A DNA stretch of 63,368 bases, the filler included, from Aduncisulcus paluster (taxonomy: Eukaryota): NCBI GenBank assembly GCA_024181965.1. It is 6 parts of 6 records of this genome, joined end to end, with 100 filler letters (N's around TTAATTAATTAA, not from the genome) between each part and the next. Parts side by side here need not be neighbours in the genome. Positions count along the whole stretch, not along the records: positions 1 to 12,205 come from BQXS01009988.1; 5 more parts are not named here. One strand, written 5' to 3'. A program made the translations under genes and the position numbers. Below are positions 1 to 10,651 of this stretch, piece after piece; the stretch's first letter is position 1, and the number at the start of each line of letters is the position of its first letter. Under the pieces are notes generated by a model. The model ran no database searches. It was given only the letters and a program-made list of their open reading frames with translations, and was not told the origin of the DNA.

Positions 1-638
1 GGTTTCCCGTTTCTATCCTTGCGGAAATGTTTCTTACCTTTGCCAGACTCGGCCTCCAACGATTGTCTATCGCCGAATCTTTTCTTCTTAACCATTTGCA
101 AACCAAAATCGTCATAATGAGCAATCACTTCGTCTCTTATTTGAATCATCTCAGATAATTCAATAAATGATTGGGCCATGAAGAATCCCAGGTCTTCTTC
201 CTTTCCAGCCGTATCTGCTTCGCTCCTTATCCGATCCTTTAATCTCCGATTCCTTAATCCACTCAGAAACAGTCTGCCGACCGTTTCATCCGCACCAAAG
301 TCTGGATTAGCTGCTATGACCTCCCTAAATGCGGCCACATACTGGACGAGTTCAGGTTCTGCCATCCTTTTTAATTTAATGTGTCTCAACTGATCGTAAA
401 AGCCTTGCGTGGAGCCAGCACCAAAAAATTTCTTAATCGATGCTAATAGATCGTCCGGGGTCGTACTCTCGACGCTTCTTGTAGCTAACTTTAGAGCTTC
501 GAGGACATGCACATCGACAAGCTGGTTCCATGGCTCGGTTCCACCCCTAGCAGTATAGACTCTAAAGTCTTTCATGAATTTGGTCCATTCGTCTTTTGAA
601 AACTTTAGTAAAAAGGGTGGTTTCAGTAATTCGGACAT
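1..638 (-). mobile_element. gag: Ty3/gypsy Gag-like ORF, open to the window edge (not in the ORF track)
   Basis: Manual translation from ATG 638: MSELLKPPFLLKFSKDEWTKFMKDFRVYTARGGTEPW..., no stop before position 1. Shares the PPxL...F...F/HxxYxxRGG motif with the Gag region of the 10530 polyprotein. Lies 18 nt downstream of an LTR-like element. Confidence 0.75.
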
Positions 639-656
639 TAGCTTTAATATTAATAT

Positions 657-738
657 TGTAAGCGATCTACAATTTATTGGAATAAACGAAACGAATCGGA
701 TCTATAAATAGAACACCCCTTGAGAGAGTTCGTTTACA
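657..738 (-). repeat. 82-bp mini-LTR (5' LTR of the 638 Gag element)
   Basis: Minus strand reads TGTAAACGA...CTATTTATAGATC...AATAAATTGTA...TCGCTTACA: 8/9-bp terminal inverted repeat, TATA-like box and AATAAA. Confidence 0.7.
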
Positions 739-944
739 ATCCCATTGTAATACCAGAATTTCATTCGTTGTGTTCTGTTCTTTGGTTTATCGTGCACATC
801 ATACAATTGCCATAAATATTTCTTTCCTTTTTTATAATTAAAATATGGTTCCAATTCGTTAAACATATTTCGAAAAAACTACTAGGTTTTTCTATATAGT
901 ATATATAAAAAAAAGAGTAATTTCACATTTAATCATCTCAAATT

Positions 945-1021
945 TGTCATGATTTCATATTTGATAAGCTATTAATCTATGCCAATAAATACTATTTATA
1001 GCTTATAGATTTATACAGCCA
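945..1021 (+). repeat. Possible LTR remnant
   Basis: Begins TGTCATGATTTCATAT, nearly the same as the solo LTR start TGTCATGATTCTCATAT (3459). Contains AATAAA and CTATTTATAG. No TSD seen. Confidence 0.35.
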
Positions 1022-1374
1022 TTAACGAGCGTCATTATGTATGTTTTAAAATATTTTTTAAACGCTTTCTTCCGTAGATAATAGTGTTTCTCATTCTATC
1101 TCTCCAGTCTTTGAAGCTATGACGATTTAAACCTCGTTTTCTTCGTCTTCCAAGTGTCCTCGTCTTTAATAACGTACGTTTAAGTCGTTCTGTTTTTTGA
1201 TGTTGATTACTGTTATACAATAAATCTCGAGTTCAAATTTATTATTCCGAAGGTTCTTGTCAAAGCTTTCAAATGACTAGTATGTTGACACATCGTCAAC
1301 CAATACTGTAGACTTCATCCATCTAATTCTTTCTAAAAACTTAATAATAATACATAATTATAACTTATAACAGG

Positions 1375-1830
1375 TTATAATTCATTGATTCCAAACACTT
1401 CTTTTTCTTGAGCGGTCAATCGATCTTCTAAAAGATCCACGACTTCCGGTGTATCCCGCAAATACTTCATTAGTGCGTCTGTTCTATAAATCGTAAATAA
1501 CGCTTCCCACGTATTCTCGGAATCCGGATACTGGAACCATTTCACTAAGAAAACCAACTCATCATTATCATTGATTCCATGTTCCAATACCGCTTCTACC
1601 ACATATTCTTCCCGATCTGCCGCCTGCAGAGCCAACAATTCTTCATCCGAACCACTAACATCACATTTTCGGATTCTTGAAACGTGAACTTTGTTAAACA
1701 CCGCATGGTAATGAACATTTATTGTTATGAAGGGGCCGATGGCCCGGCTAGAACCGGCAATGCTACAATACTTCCCCTCCAAAGCTGAGACCACGGAATA
1801 ACAAACCACTAATATACCTAGACCAATCAA
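1375..1830 (-). pseudogene. Chromovirus-type integrase C-terminus (GPF/Y motif plus chromodomain), fragment
   Basis: GPF...VHVSRIRK followed by EEYVVEAVLEH...FLVKWFQYPDSENTWE (chromodomain). No ATG start; upstream sequence is broken by stops. Confidence 0.85.
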
Positions 1831-2068
1831 CCTTTGTTTGTCTGGCCATTATAACTTGGTATCTAACTGTTGTCAGCATATTTCTACTGCTCATTAAACT
1901 CTCAGTAAATCCTTTCCGAACTCTCTGATTTCCTCATGAGTCTGTTACCGGAGATTCTTCTATACTGATAAACACCCTAACAGATGTTTCTCATTCACGC
2001 AGTAGTGTATAACCGTTGTATCATGAGACCAACTCATACCATTCCCCCGAGCCATAAAAGAATTGGAC

Positions 2069-2156
2069 TGTTAGTTTCTCAGATCTATATATAGAACAGA
2101 TTGTCATCCCGTTTATTTCTAATAAATTGATACCAGTTAAGCTTAAATTAGCAACA
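2069..2156 (+). repeat. 88-bp mini-LTR, probably solo
   Basis: TGTTAG...CTATATATAGAAC...AATAAATTG...GCAACA; flanks GGAC/GGAT are a near-match. Confidence 0.55.
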
Positions 2157-2169
2157 GGATCCCACGATT

Positions 2170-2592
2170 CTATAAATGGAACCTGACATTTTTAATAATA
2201 ATAATGTTATTATTAACTTTATTTGTTATATTATAAAGCGCTACCACACAATTGATAAATTTTTTCTCCATTGACAAGATATACAGGATGTCCACTCTTC
2301 CATTTTGCTGCACTATCCCGATGGCATTGTAGTAAGCAGAAACTGTAGTCAAAAATGCAGTTTCTCGTTCTTTAACCTGCTCTTCTGTAAAGCCTGATGG
2401 ATCTTCAAGAACAGCATCTGTGACGTCAAGGTAAATAATCAGCACCTCGGGCGGAATTAATCCGAATAAAGTCGCCTTTCCACCCAAAGCTCGATACTGC
2501 CGGAACTTTTTCAGAAAACTTCGAAAAATGGATTTTCCAAAGCCAAATAAAATAGGAGCAGCCTTAATTGGCTGTAATTGTGTATTACTCAT
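2170..2592 (-). pseudogene. gag: Truncated Gag fragment
   Basis: APILFGFGKSIFRSFLKKFRQYRALGG matches the shared Gag motif. Starts 16 nt after an LTR-like element and decays into AT-rich sequence. Confidence 0.65.
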
Positions 2593-2608
2593 AGAAAAAT
2601 AATTATTT

Positions 2609-2705
2609 TGTACTATGATTGGTACAATTTATTCAATAAAAATAGAATGAACATTTGGATCTAAAATTAGATAAGTGAGAATCATTAAAATAATTATCCG
2701 TAACA
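2609..2705 (-). repeat. 97-bp mini-LTR (5' LTR of the 2592 Gag)
   Basis: TGTTAC...CTAATTTTAGATCC...AATAAATTGTACC...GTACA; directly abuts an RT fragment on the opposite strand. Confidence 0.6.
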
Positions 2706-2706
2706 T

Positions 2707-2820
2707 CTAAACAAACTTATCAAGAAACCAAGTCACATAGACCCAAACATGGACATGGCTTTGAGGGATCTGAAGGGTAAAAAAATCTTTGCCGCAGTGG
2801 ACTTCAGATTTAGCCCATAG
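2707..2820 (+). pseudogene. Reverse transcriptase fragment
   Basis: Manual translation LNKLIKKPSHIDPNMDMALRDLKGKKIFAAVDFR aligns with LNKNTVPLQYPIPIVTELLDSLKGSKIFGKIDAR in the gag-pol of this window. Confidence 0.7.
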
Positions 2821-2829
2821 AATGAATCC

Positions 2830-3273
2830 GCCCTCTAAGACCGGATTCATGTGTGTTGAATAAATACCTTTTACATCCAATTCTCCTCGTTCTATTCCAA
2901 TATAAGCCGAATCTGCTAAAATTCAGTGTCCATTTAGGTATTCTTTGACAATCGGAAGGTCTCCATATTCGATGAATAGGGTTTTATCATGTAATGATGC
3001 TGAAAATCCCACATGGACGAACCTGGCAATTCCCTTCACATCTGTTATTACTTGGGACTTAATTCCGTACGAATGATGCTTATGTGAAAACCAAAGTTTT
3101 CGATCATCAAAACAGTAACATCTTCGTGGCGAACAATGCTGTATAGTTCCATCTACAACCAATTTTGCTTCAGCATGTAGAGCTGTGCTTAAAGACTCTA
3201 TTACAGGTCGTTTAATAAACCTTGGTGAAAGTTTTTCTTCCATAACTAGAATTCCCTGAGCAAATGCTCGCGA
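2830..3273 (-). pseudogene. PIF/Harbinger/IS5-like (DDE_Tnp_4) transposase fragment
   Basis: VVDGT...FSHKHHSYGIKSQVITD..G......G..ASLHD, then an in-frame TGA (2923-2925) followed by ILADSAY (second catalytic Asp motif). Confidence 0.8.
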
Positions 3274-3928
3274 AAAGTTTATAATGTGGGCTGAGCAGTG
3301 AGTAATGATTATCCCACAATTATTAGTCATTAAACTTCCAGCAATCGAAATCATTGCTGGTTCTCTATCTGTTGGTGCTTAATAATAAACTAAGCCAAAT
3401 TTATTGTTTATACAGATGGAATGATGGTCTATAAATAGAATCATATGAGAATCATGACATCTGTGAGGATAGATGAGATATTATTCTTCTCAATTCCTGC
3501 AGTTTTAATGACCTCAAGAATGGCCTTTGTTAAAGTATCTAGATCTGCATTTCAGACAAATATACATATCTAATTGCATAATAACGAAGCTTATTCTTAA
3601 TTTAAATCATCAGTAAATGCTTTGATCCCATTCGATATTTGTCGAGTAGAATCGAATATGGGAATTTGATTTTTACAGGTTCTAATGATTTTTTTAATTC
3701 TTCGTTCAATATTCTGTATGATGTTGCACGAGAAAATCGTATTTTTCTTGGACATTCTTGAATTAACGAAACTATGTCTTCCGTAAAAAATTTTGAAATA
3801 ATTCCCACTGAATATCCGCATTCAATGCATCTTATAACCAATAAAGAATGAATGTCCCTTGCTCTTGCAGCAATAATCCGTTCATTAAAATATTTCTTAT
3901 TGCAAGCATTTCTATTTTTTGAAAACAC
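3274..3928 (-). pseudogene. hAT transposase pseudogene (copy 3), interrupted by a solo LTR
   Basis: YSILLDKYRMGSKHLLMI, DTLTKAILEVIKTAGIEKNNISSILTD and TDREPAMISIA...THCSAHIIN align with CSLILDKVQTKGRSILAI, ETLKDAIISEIDRIGIPKKLIRTIITDREPIMENIA and TPCLSHILN of the 6237 copy. Confidence 0.8.
3373..3459 (-). mobile_element. 87-bp solo LTR with 5-bp TSD
   Basis: TG...CA element flanked by TCTGT at 3368-3372 and 3460-3464. Removing it plus one TSD restores the codons L-T-D-R-E-P of the hAT gene. Internal CTATTTATAGA and AATAAA. Confidence 0.85.
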
Positions 3929-4171
3929 GAGTTAGCAAATAAAAATATATAAAACAGCATTAAAATAATTATTTAATTATAGATTTAATAATAAAAATAT
4001 TTTGTGAATTGTGGATTTCCTTCGTTCTGTAAAAATAGGATCACGAACAATTTGATGGGCCTTCTGATATTCCTTTTGTTCCGGTTAATTACTTATAACT
4101 GAATAATTTTAATAATATTGTTGAACATATAAATTATCCAAGATATCTTTTGGAATATTAGATAATATTCA

Positions 4172-6237
4172 TTAATCTCTTTTATTGTATTTCATCATCG
4201 AGTTTTGCATCAGTGTTTCTGTTGTCTGGGATGCACGAAGAGGTTGATTAAAGTGTTTTACAACACTGAAAAACCTCTCGACAGCAGCTCCCGATATTGG
4301 TAAGAATATAATTTTGTTTGTTATTGAATTCAGATGAGGATAGTCAATTTCCATTCTTATCGTGCAAGATTCTGAGATATTTGTACAATATCTCCTCAAT
4401 TCATTTCTTTCAATTTGGGTTATTGACAATCCTGCCTGATATATTCCCTCTATCAGTATTTCCGGATTCAACTCAAGTGGCTGATCCCAAATACTTGGCT
4501 GAAAAGCTATTATCGCATAATAAATCTTTAAACAATTATTTAGCCATGTGAAGGCTGTAATGAATGCCCGACTACGAATTTCTCCCGCTCNNNNNNNNNN
4601 NNNNNNNNNNATCTCCTCAATTCATTTCTTTCAATTTGGGTTATTGACAATCCTGCCTGATATATTCCCTCTATCAGTATTTCCGGATTCAACTCAAGTG
4701 GCTGATCCCAAATACTTGGCTGAAAAGCTATTATCGCATAATAAATCTTTAAACAATTATTTAGCCATGTGAAGGCTGTAATGAATGCCCGACTACGAAT
4801 TTCTCCCGCTCGCCAATCTGAAAGCATGTGATCTCGGAAGGACCTGATCGTGACAAATGCTTCATAAGTTGGCGTTTCATGTTGGCTCACTCTAATTGAT
4901 TTCATTGAAAGAGGAATGAAATCGGTCATAAGTATGTCAGCAAAGCTGCGATAACCATCATTATCGAGAAATTCTTTGCATCGACAAACATCCTCATTAG
5001 GTGATTTGAGTCTCGCAAATGCAATTCTTAAATCGTCCCAGTGAGAACAAACCTCAAAGTATTCCTCGAGCATCGAACTCCAACGTACAGGAGTGAAGCG
5101 AGGTCTTCGTATTTTATATATTCTCTGAATTGCATGGTTCTCTGGCGTTGAAGTGCTCAATGCTCGACAATAGTCATTTAAGAACTGTGGAACCAGCTCA
5201 AAGAAATAATTAATATACAAACTAATAACAGAATTCAGTATATGCGAGAGGCAAGGAGTCCACTTATTTCCATACTCATCATTTATCATAAGTTCTGCAA
5301 TGTTTTCCATAATGGGCTCCCTGTCTGTAATTATTGTTCTTATTAATTTTTTGGGGATGCCAATTCTATCAATTTCCGAAATAATTGCATCTTTCAATGT
5401 TTCCGAAGGCGATTCCAAAATTCGATGTAATCTTTCGGGACAATATCCCAAAGGAGTTTTGAGATGGGAAAGTAGATATCTTATCCCTATATGACGTTTT
5501 TCCATCCCTGCTTCTCTTATTGTCTGGCACAGATGACTTCGTTCTTCGGCTTCATAAGAATGTTGCATTTCTCTCAACAATAAATCGTGGTATTCTTTAT
5601 CTTTTAATTTCGTTATATCAACGTATCCAATTGCATATGTTGTGTTTTTTTTCTTTCCCATGATGGCAAGGATGCTTCTACCTTTTGTTTGTACCTTGTC
5701 GAGGATTAGTGAGCAATCTCCAGTTTTAAACTTTGTTTCGATACGCTTAATATCATCTTTTGCCAATTTGTGAGCAAGTGTATAGGAAGTCGATGTGCAA
5801 ATTGGTGTGATGGACTTGAATGCTATGATCGAGAGTTGTAATTCCTGAGTAAAAATAGTTGGTAAGGAATATATACTAATCCCGGCTAAAATAGCATTTC
5901 TTATCAATATATTCCTTATCTTTCTTTGCATTAAATGGATTTCTTCGATTTTTTTCCTTCTTTTATCTTTAATTGTGTTGTTATAATGGATCACAGCATT
6001 TAAATGATACGCCACGGCCATTTTAGAATTTAGACAAGTTTTACATTTAATACAATAATATTTTTCTTCAATCAAAGTTGATTCATCACGAATAAATTCT
6101 CTAATGTCCTTTTCTATTTCATTCATGATGGTGTCTTTTTTACATGAAATTTCATATTTCATGACTCGTTTATATTTTTGCCATAATTTCTCTTTTTTAC
6201 AGCGTTGATTAAATATTTCAACTAATTCTTTGATCAT
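4172..6237 (-). mobile_element. hAT-superfamily transposase, apparently intact (about 614 aa) once the gap overlap is collapsed
   Basis: N-terminal C2H2 finger (CIKC...H.....H), LILD, ITD, CxxH (CLSH), VRWSS and C-terminal PISGAAVERFFS. Removing the 221-nt gap plus duplicate joins ORFs 4540-6258 and 4172-4471 in frame. Confidence 0.85.
4390..4811. other. 20-N scaffold gap with duplicated overlap
   Basis: 4390-4590 is repeated at 4611-4811 either side of the Ns. Confidence 0.9.
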
Positions 6238-6404
6238 TGTTTGAAATAAATATCTCAATTTATGTTTTCCGAGAATATCTAAATTTTTTGTTTATTTCGA
6301 AACCAGAAGTGAAAATGTTGAGATTTGAAAAAATTTAGTATGATCAATTTATTGGTTGATTTAAACTTGAATATTTTTGGACAATTTTATTATTGTTTGA
6401 GATG

Positions 6405-6624
6405 TCAAAAAAACCATTGGAAGCCCAGCTTATTGAAACATTTCCGGTGATTAACTGTATTGAGATGTTTTGCAATAACCTGAGATCTGTGTACTAAAGA
6501 GATATAAATAATGATATCACAACACTTACAATAAACTCTACATCTTTCTTCTACCGAATGAATTATCTTAAAATCTTTCCTAAGGTGATCCCCATGGGTT
6601 TCCAATTTTTGTAAATGAGCTTTT
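6405..6624 (-). pseudogene. CGGBP1/BED-like zinc-finger fragment, probably transposon-derived
   Basis: VYCKCCDIII...RSQVIAKHLNTVNH has the C2H2 spacing of CGGBP1-type fingers. Confidence 0.55.
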
Positions 6625-7044
6625 TTAATGATATATTTTTCGAAATGCAACAAGAGTTGGTTGCTCAAATTGGGCCGCTCTTATTGCATCCAAAGCACAA
6701 GGGATAAACTCTTTTGTTAAAGTATCCGTAAATTTTCTGTAAGCTTCATTTTCAAGAAATGTTTTATAGGCATTCACCTGTTCCGATGGTCGTTTAAATT
6801 TGAGACATGCTTTTATGTCATCCCATGAGGAACATACTTTCACATACTCTTCAAGAAGCGATGTCCACCTGATTTTGGTGTATCTTGGAGGGTGAATTTT
6901 TAATATTGAACATAAAGCTCTGTTCTCCTCGCATCCAGTGCTTAGAACCACATTTAAGTCTTCCAAAAATACTTCGATTTGTGTAAAAAAGAATTGCATG
7001 TAATGTTGAATTACCGATGATATGAGATGGGCTGTACATGGTGT
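6625..7044 (-). pseudogene. hAT transposase middle segment (copy 2), fused in frame to gag-pol
   Basis: TPCTAHLISSVI...PRYTKIRWTSLLEEY...WDDIK...AYRKFTD aligns collinearly with TPCLSHILNSVI...PRFTPVRWSSMLEEY...WDDLR...GYRSFAD. Confidence 0.85.
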
Positions 7045-7126
7045 GCTAACGCTAAGGTACAATTTATTAAATAAAAACAAACAAGGTTCATCTATAAATA
7101 GGTATCTATAATTAGACGGTGAGAAC

Positions 7127-7127
<1 letters not shown>
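7042..7127 (-). repeat. About 85-bp mini-LTR at the 3' end of gag-pol
   Basis: TGTTCTC...CTATTTATAGATG...AATAAATTGTACC...AGCACA. Confidence 0.65.
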
Positions 7128-7158
<31 letters not shown>

Positions 7159-7183
7159 TAATAATAATAATAATAATGATAAT
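7127..7183. repeat. (AAT)n microsatellite
   Basis: About 19 AAT/GAT units, read as poly-Leu in the 1301-aa ORF. Confidence 0.95.
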
Positions 7184-10100
7184 TCGGCTAATGAATTCTC
7201 AATTTCCTTCTTTTTCATTAGAGTTGTCTTTTCTTCAGGCTGACCATACCACTGTACCTCATAGCGCTCATTTCTTCCACGACCAGATCTTTTAATGATT
7301 CTTTTCGGAAGTCTTTTTCCCATATCCTGTGCGAGGCTATTCGTGGCGGCTCCATGATGGCCAGCTACACCCGAGTGAAACGCTTCAAATATCTCCTTCT
7401 TGAGATCTACTGCCTCCTTTGGTACAACAACCCGTTCGTGCTTATCTACATGGAAACCTTCAAGCACAGCATATGCCTCCTTCTCTTCATCCGTAAACAA
7501 TGGCTGCGCCTTTAAAATTTTCTTCTTGATCGAGTCTCGATCCACAATAATCTTCTTTAAGGTGGACTTTCCAAAGCCAATGCGGCTTAAACCATCTGCA
7601 ACGACATTCACTGTTCCTGGTATATGGACGATCTCAAAATCAAACTCGGCCAAATACACCCACCATCGTTGAACCTTGCGGCTCTTTGCCTTATACATCC
7701 ATTGAAGATTGGCATGATCAGTCTGAATGATAAAATGGGTGCCTCTCAAATAATGCTCACACTTCTCAACACAATATCTCAAAGCATAGGCCTCTTTCTC
7801 ATTCGTTGTCCATCTCTGTTCGCAATCGGATAAGACCTTACTGATGAACAAGACTGGCTGGGCTACTTTCTCTTCACCATACTGCAGGAGGACACCACCT
7901 ATTGCTAAGTCACTTGCATCCGTTTGAAGCACAATATGTTTCTCATAGTCAATGTAATGCAACAAAGTTTTCTTCGAGATATCTGCAATTATTCCATCAA
8001 ACGATCTCTGTTGAGTTTCTTTCCAAGTGAATGGGGTCTGTTTCCTCGTTAAGATCTGGATTGGTGCAACCTTATCAGCATAGTTATCAACAAAACTCCT
8101 AAAGAATTTAAACAAACCAAGGACACTCCTGCATTGGGATTTGTCCTTCGGAGGTTTTAGAGATTTTAAATCAGCTATTCTAGAGGGTGCTGGAGATATC
8201 CCATCACAGGAAACTTCTCTTCCCAAAAATTCAACTCTCTCAAAGCCAAAAACACACTTTGAACTCTTTGCTCTTAGGTTTAATTCTTCAAATTTTGATA
8301 GAACTTGATCCAAATGGAGACAAAAATCTGTAATGTCCGTCCCTTTGATGATTATGTCATCCACGAATATGTCACATGCATGTGGGATGAGGTCAGAGAA
8401 GGCAGATATCATCGCCTGTTGGAAGTGAGCTGACGCATTGCGAGCCCCAAATGGCATTCTGGTATATTGGTAGACACCATACTTTGTGATGAATGCTAAA
8501 TATTTCTGCGATTCCTCATCCACAAGAATTTGATGGAATCCAGAACGAGCGTCGATCTTTCCAAAGATTTTCGATCCTTTCAAAGAATCCAGGAGCTCAG
8601 TGACAATTGGAATAGGATACTGTAGAGGGACTGTATTCTTATTCAATGGGATATTATTAATACACATCCGCACACCACCATCAGGCCTGTCCACAAAAGT
8701 AGGACTACAGACATAGGGAGAGCTTCGTTTCACCAAAACACCGTTCTTTAAGCCCTCTGAAAGGTTGTCTCTTAGTACTTTGTCATCTGCGGGAGAGAAT
8801 CGACGAGGTTTGACTGACCATAAGACTTTGGGATTAATCAGCTCGATCGTGAATTTCGGCAGGCGAGAGCCTTCACGGGGAAGCTTCTCGTCAAAAACGA
8901 TCTTATGTTTGTCTACAACTTCTCCGATCTCTGTAGCAAACTTCTCATTGATGTTCATCTCCTTATCTTGCAGGACTGTCTCAAGATCCAACACCAATTC
9001 ATTACTCATAGGAGATTCACGAGAGGCAAGTAATTCTAAGATACCATGGTTCTTTGCCCATGCACCAGAAATAATCAGTTCATCGCCACCCGTAATATCT
9101 GATACCAAGCATCTTATCAGAGAGGTGCATAACTTATCGCCTACGGTTGAAAACGTTAACTGAGAGTCCAGTGACTCTTTAACCTTGACGGATGAATCCT
9201 TTCCATGGATTAGTGAGTGTTCACAAGGGATAATAGTCTTTTCCTTTCCAAGCTTCTCCAAGAGATCGGGTCTCACAATATTACAATCAGCTCCTGTATC
9301 GACCAGTGCTCGACACGGAATTCGCTGCTTCCCTAAGAAGACATTAAGATGAAAGTCAGGCAAAATCTCAGAAGAGAGTTTCTCCGAGGCCAACTTCTTA
9401 ACTCTTAACTCAGGATGCAGTTTATAACAATGATCAGCATCATGCCCCATCATTCCACACCCAGGACATTTCTCCCGCTTCCACCTCGGTTTACCGCGTT
9501 TCCCGGTTGAGCCTTGAGACGCTCCTTCAGACGCCCTGATGGATGATTTATCTGCCCTTTGGCCTTCTCGCGCCTCACCATAACTTTTGAAGAGTCGGTC
9601 AGGTTTAAGCTTCCAACCGTCAGCTAAGAGACGAGTAGTTTGGTCTACTAGGAATGATCCAAGCATTCCTAAATCAACATGGCCGTCATCAATGAGTCTG
9701 TACAAGGGACTACGGAGTTTCTTGATCGTTACTGCACGGGTATACATCTTGGCGATCGTCGTGGCCCTATCCTTGGCAAAGTGTGGGGCTGAATCATAAA
9801 CAATTAGAAAGTTGTCGTTAAAAGCATGTACGCAATCAACACTGTCACTCCATCGAAATTTTACCCCGCTGAGACGTGCAAAATACTCCTCCGGGGATTT
9901 TGGGGCCAATCGGTCTCTCAGGAGCGTCATAAGGGGTTTCTTGCGGTCCTCAGGCGCAGCATAGACAATCAATGATCTACAAACGCGAGCCGCTACGCAA
10001 TCTTCAATTCTTTTTGTGCCCCCTCTTATAACATACACCTTATGATCCGCGATAAAGTTCTGGTATTGAGCTACATTGAGTGTTTTCAACACTGGGGGCT

Positions 10101-10530
10101 CTATTTCCGCGTATACACACGGAGAGGGTTGATTTATAACTCTGGTCGATTCTCCCAGCTCATCACGATGCATTGAAGCTGGTGGAGAGAGAGGCGGTAG
10201 CTGAATACTATCCAAGCCGGTGCGTGGGGGAAGTCTATCCGTGGAATCTTCTGGTGCTGAACTCGCAGTAAATATTTCCTTTCGGACTCGCTGAGGCTTC
10301 GGGGATTCGACTTGTTGAGCGGGTTGCTTCGCTACAATTGACTTCATCATGGATATGAGTTGATCGACACCATCTTTCAATTGATCAATTTGTTTTTGTT
10401 GATTCGCGACAATAATTGATAATTCGTCGCTCGAGTGTCCCAGGGTACCACCGATCGTCATCGGCTGTCCATCCCTAGGCTCTGACAGGGTTGTATTATT
10501 AGTAACTTTATCAGAGTGAAATACTGGCAT
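7184..10530 (-). mobile_element. gag-pol: Ty3/gypsy gag-pol polyprotein lacking the integrase core
   Basis: Single frame: CX2CX4HX4C knuckle (CPGCGMMGHDADHC), protease LVDTGA, RT (MPFG, FVDD), RNase H (TDAS, EKEA, TDH, ADGLSR), start of the integrase zinc domain (H...GHHG), then directly a chromo-like tail (RYEVQWYGQP). Confidence 0.95.
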
Positions 10531-10588
10531 TAAATACGAAAATTATATGCAAAATTTTTATAAAAATAACAATTTTAACAATAATTAT

Positions 10589-10651
10589 TGTTAACTTCTA
10601 TAATAAAAATAGAAGGGCTAGCAAATTTATTCATTTGATTTCATCACGACA
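10589..10651 (-). repeat. 63-bp LTR-like element 5' of gag-pol
   Basis: TGTCGTGA...AATAAATTTG...TTAACA, starting where the hAT reading frame breaks. It does not match the 7042-7127 LTR. Confidence 0.55.

Noticed and set aside
2923-2925. In-frame TGA inside the Harbinger-like domain as possible recoding
   Set aside because: TGA ends several normal genes here and the element is otherwise fragmentary, so a nonsense mutation is simpler.
2813-4060. GCCCAT/ATGGGC as Harbinger TIRs
   Set aside because: Only 6 bp match well, and the interval is a hAT/Harbinger mosaic truncated before the catalytic Glu.
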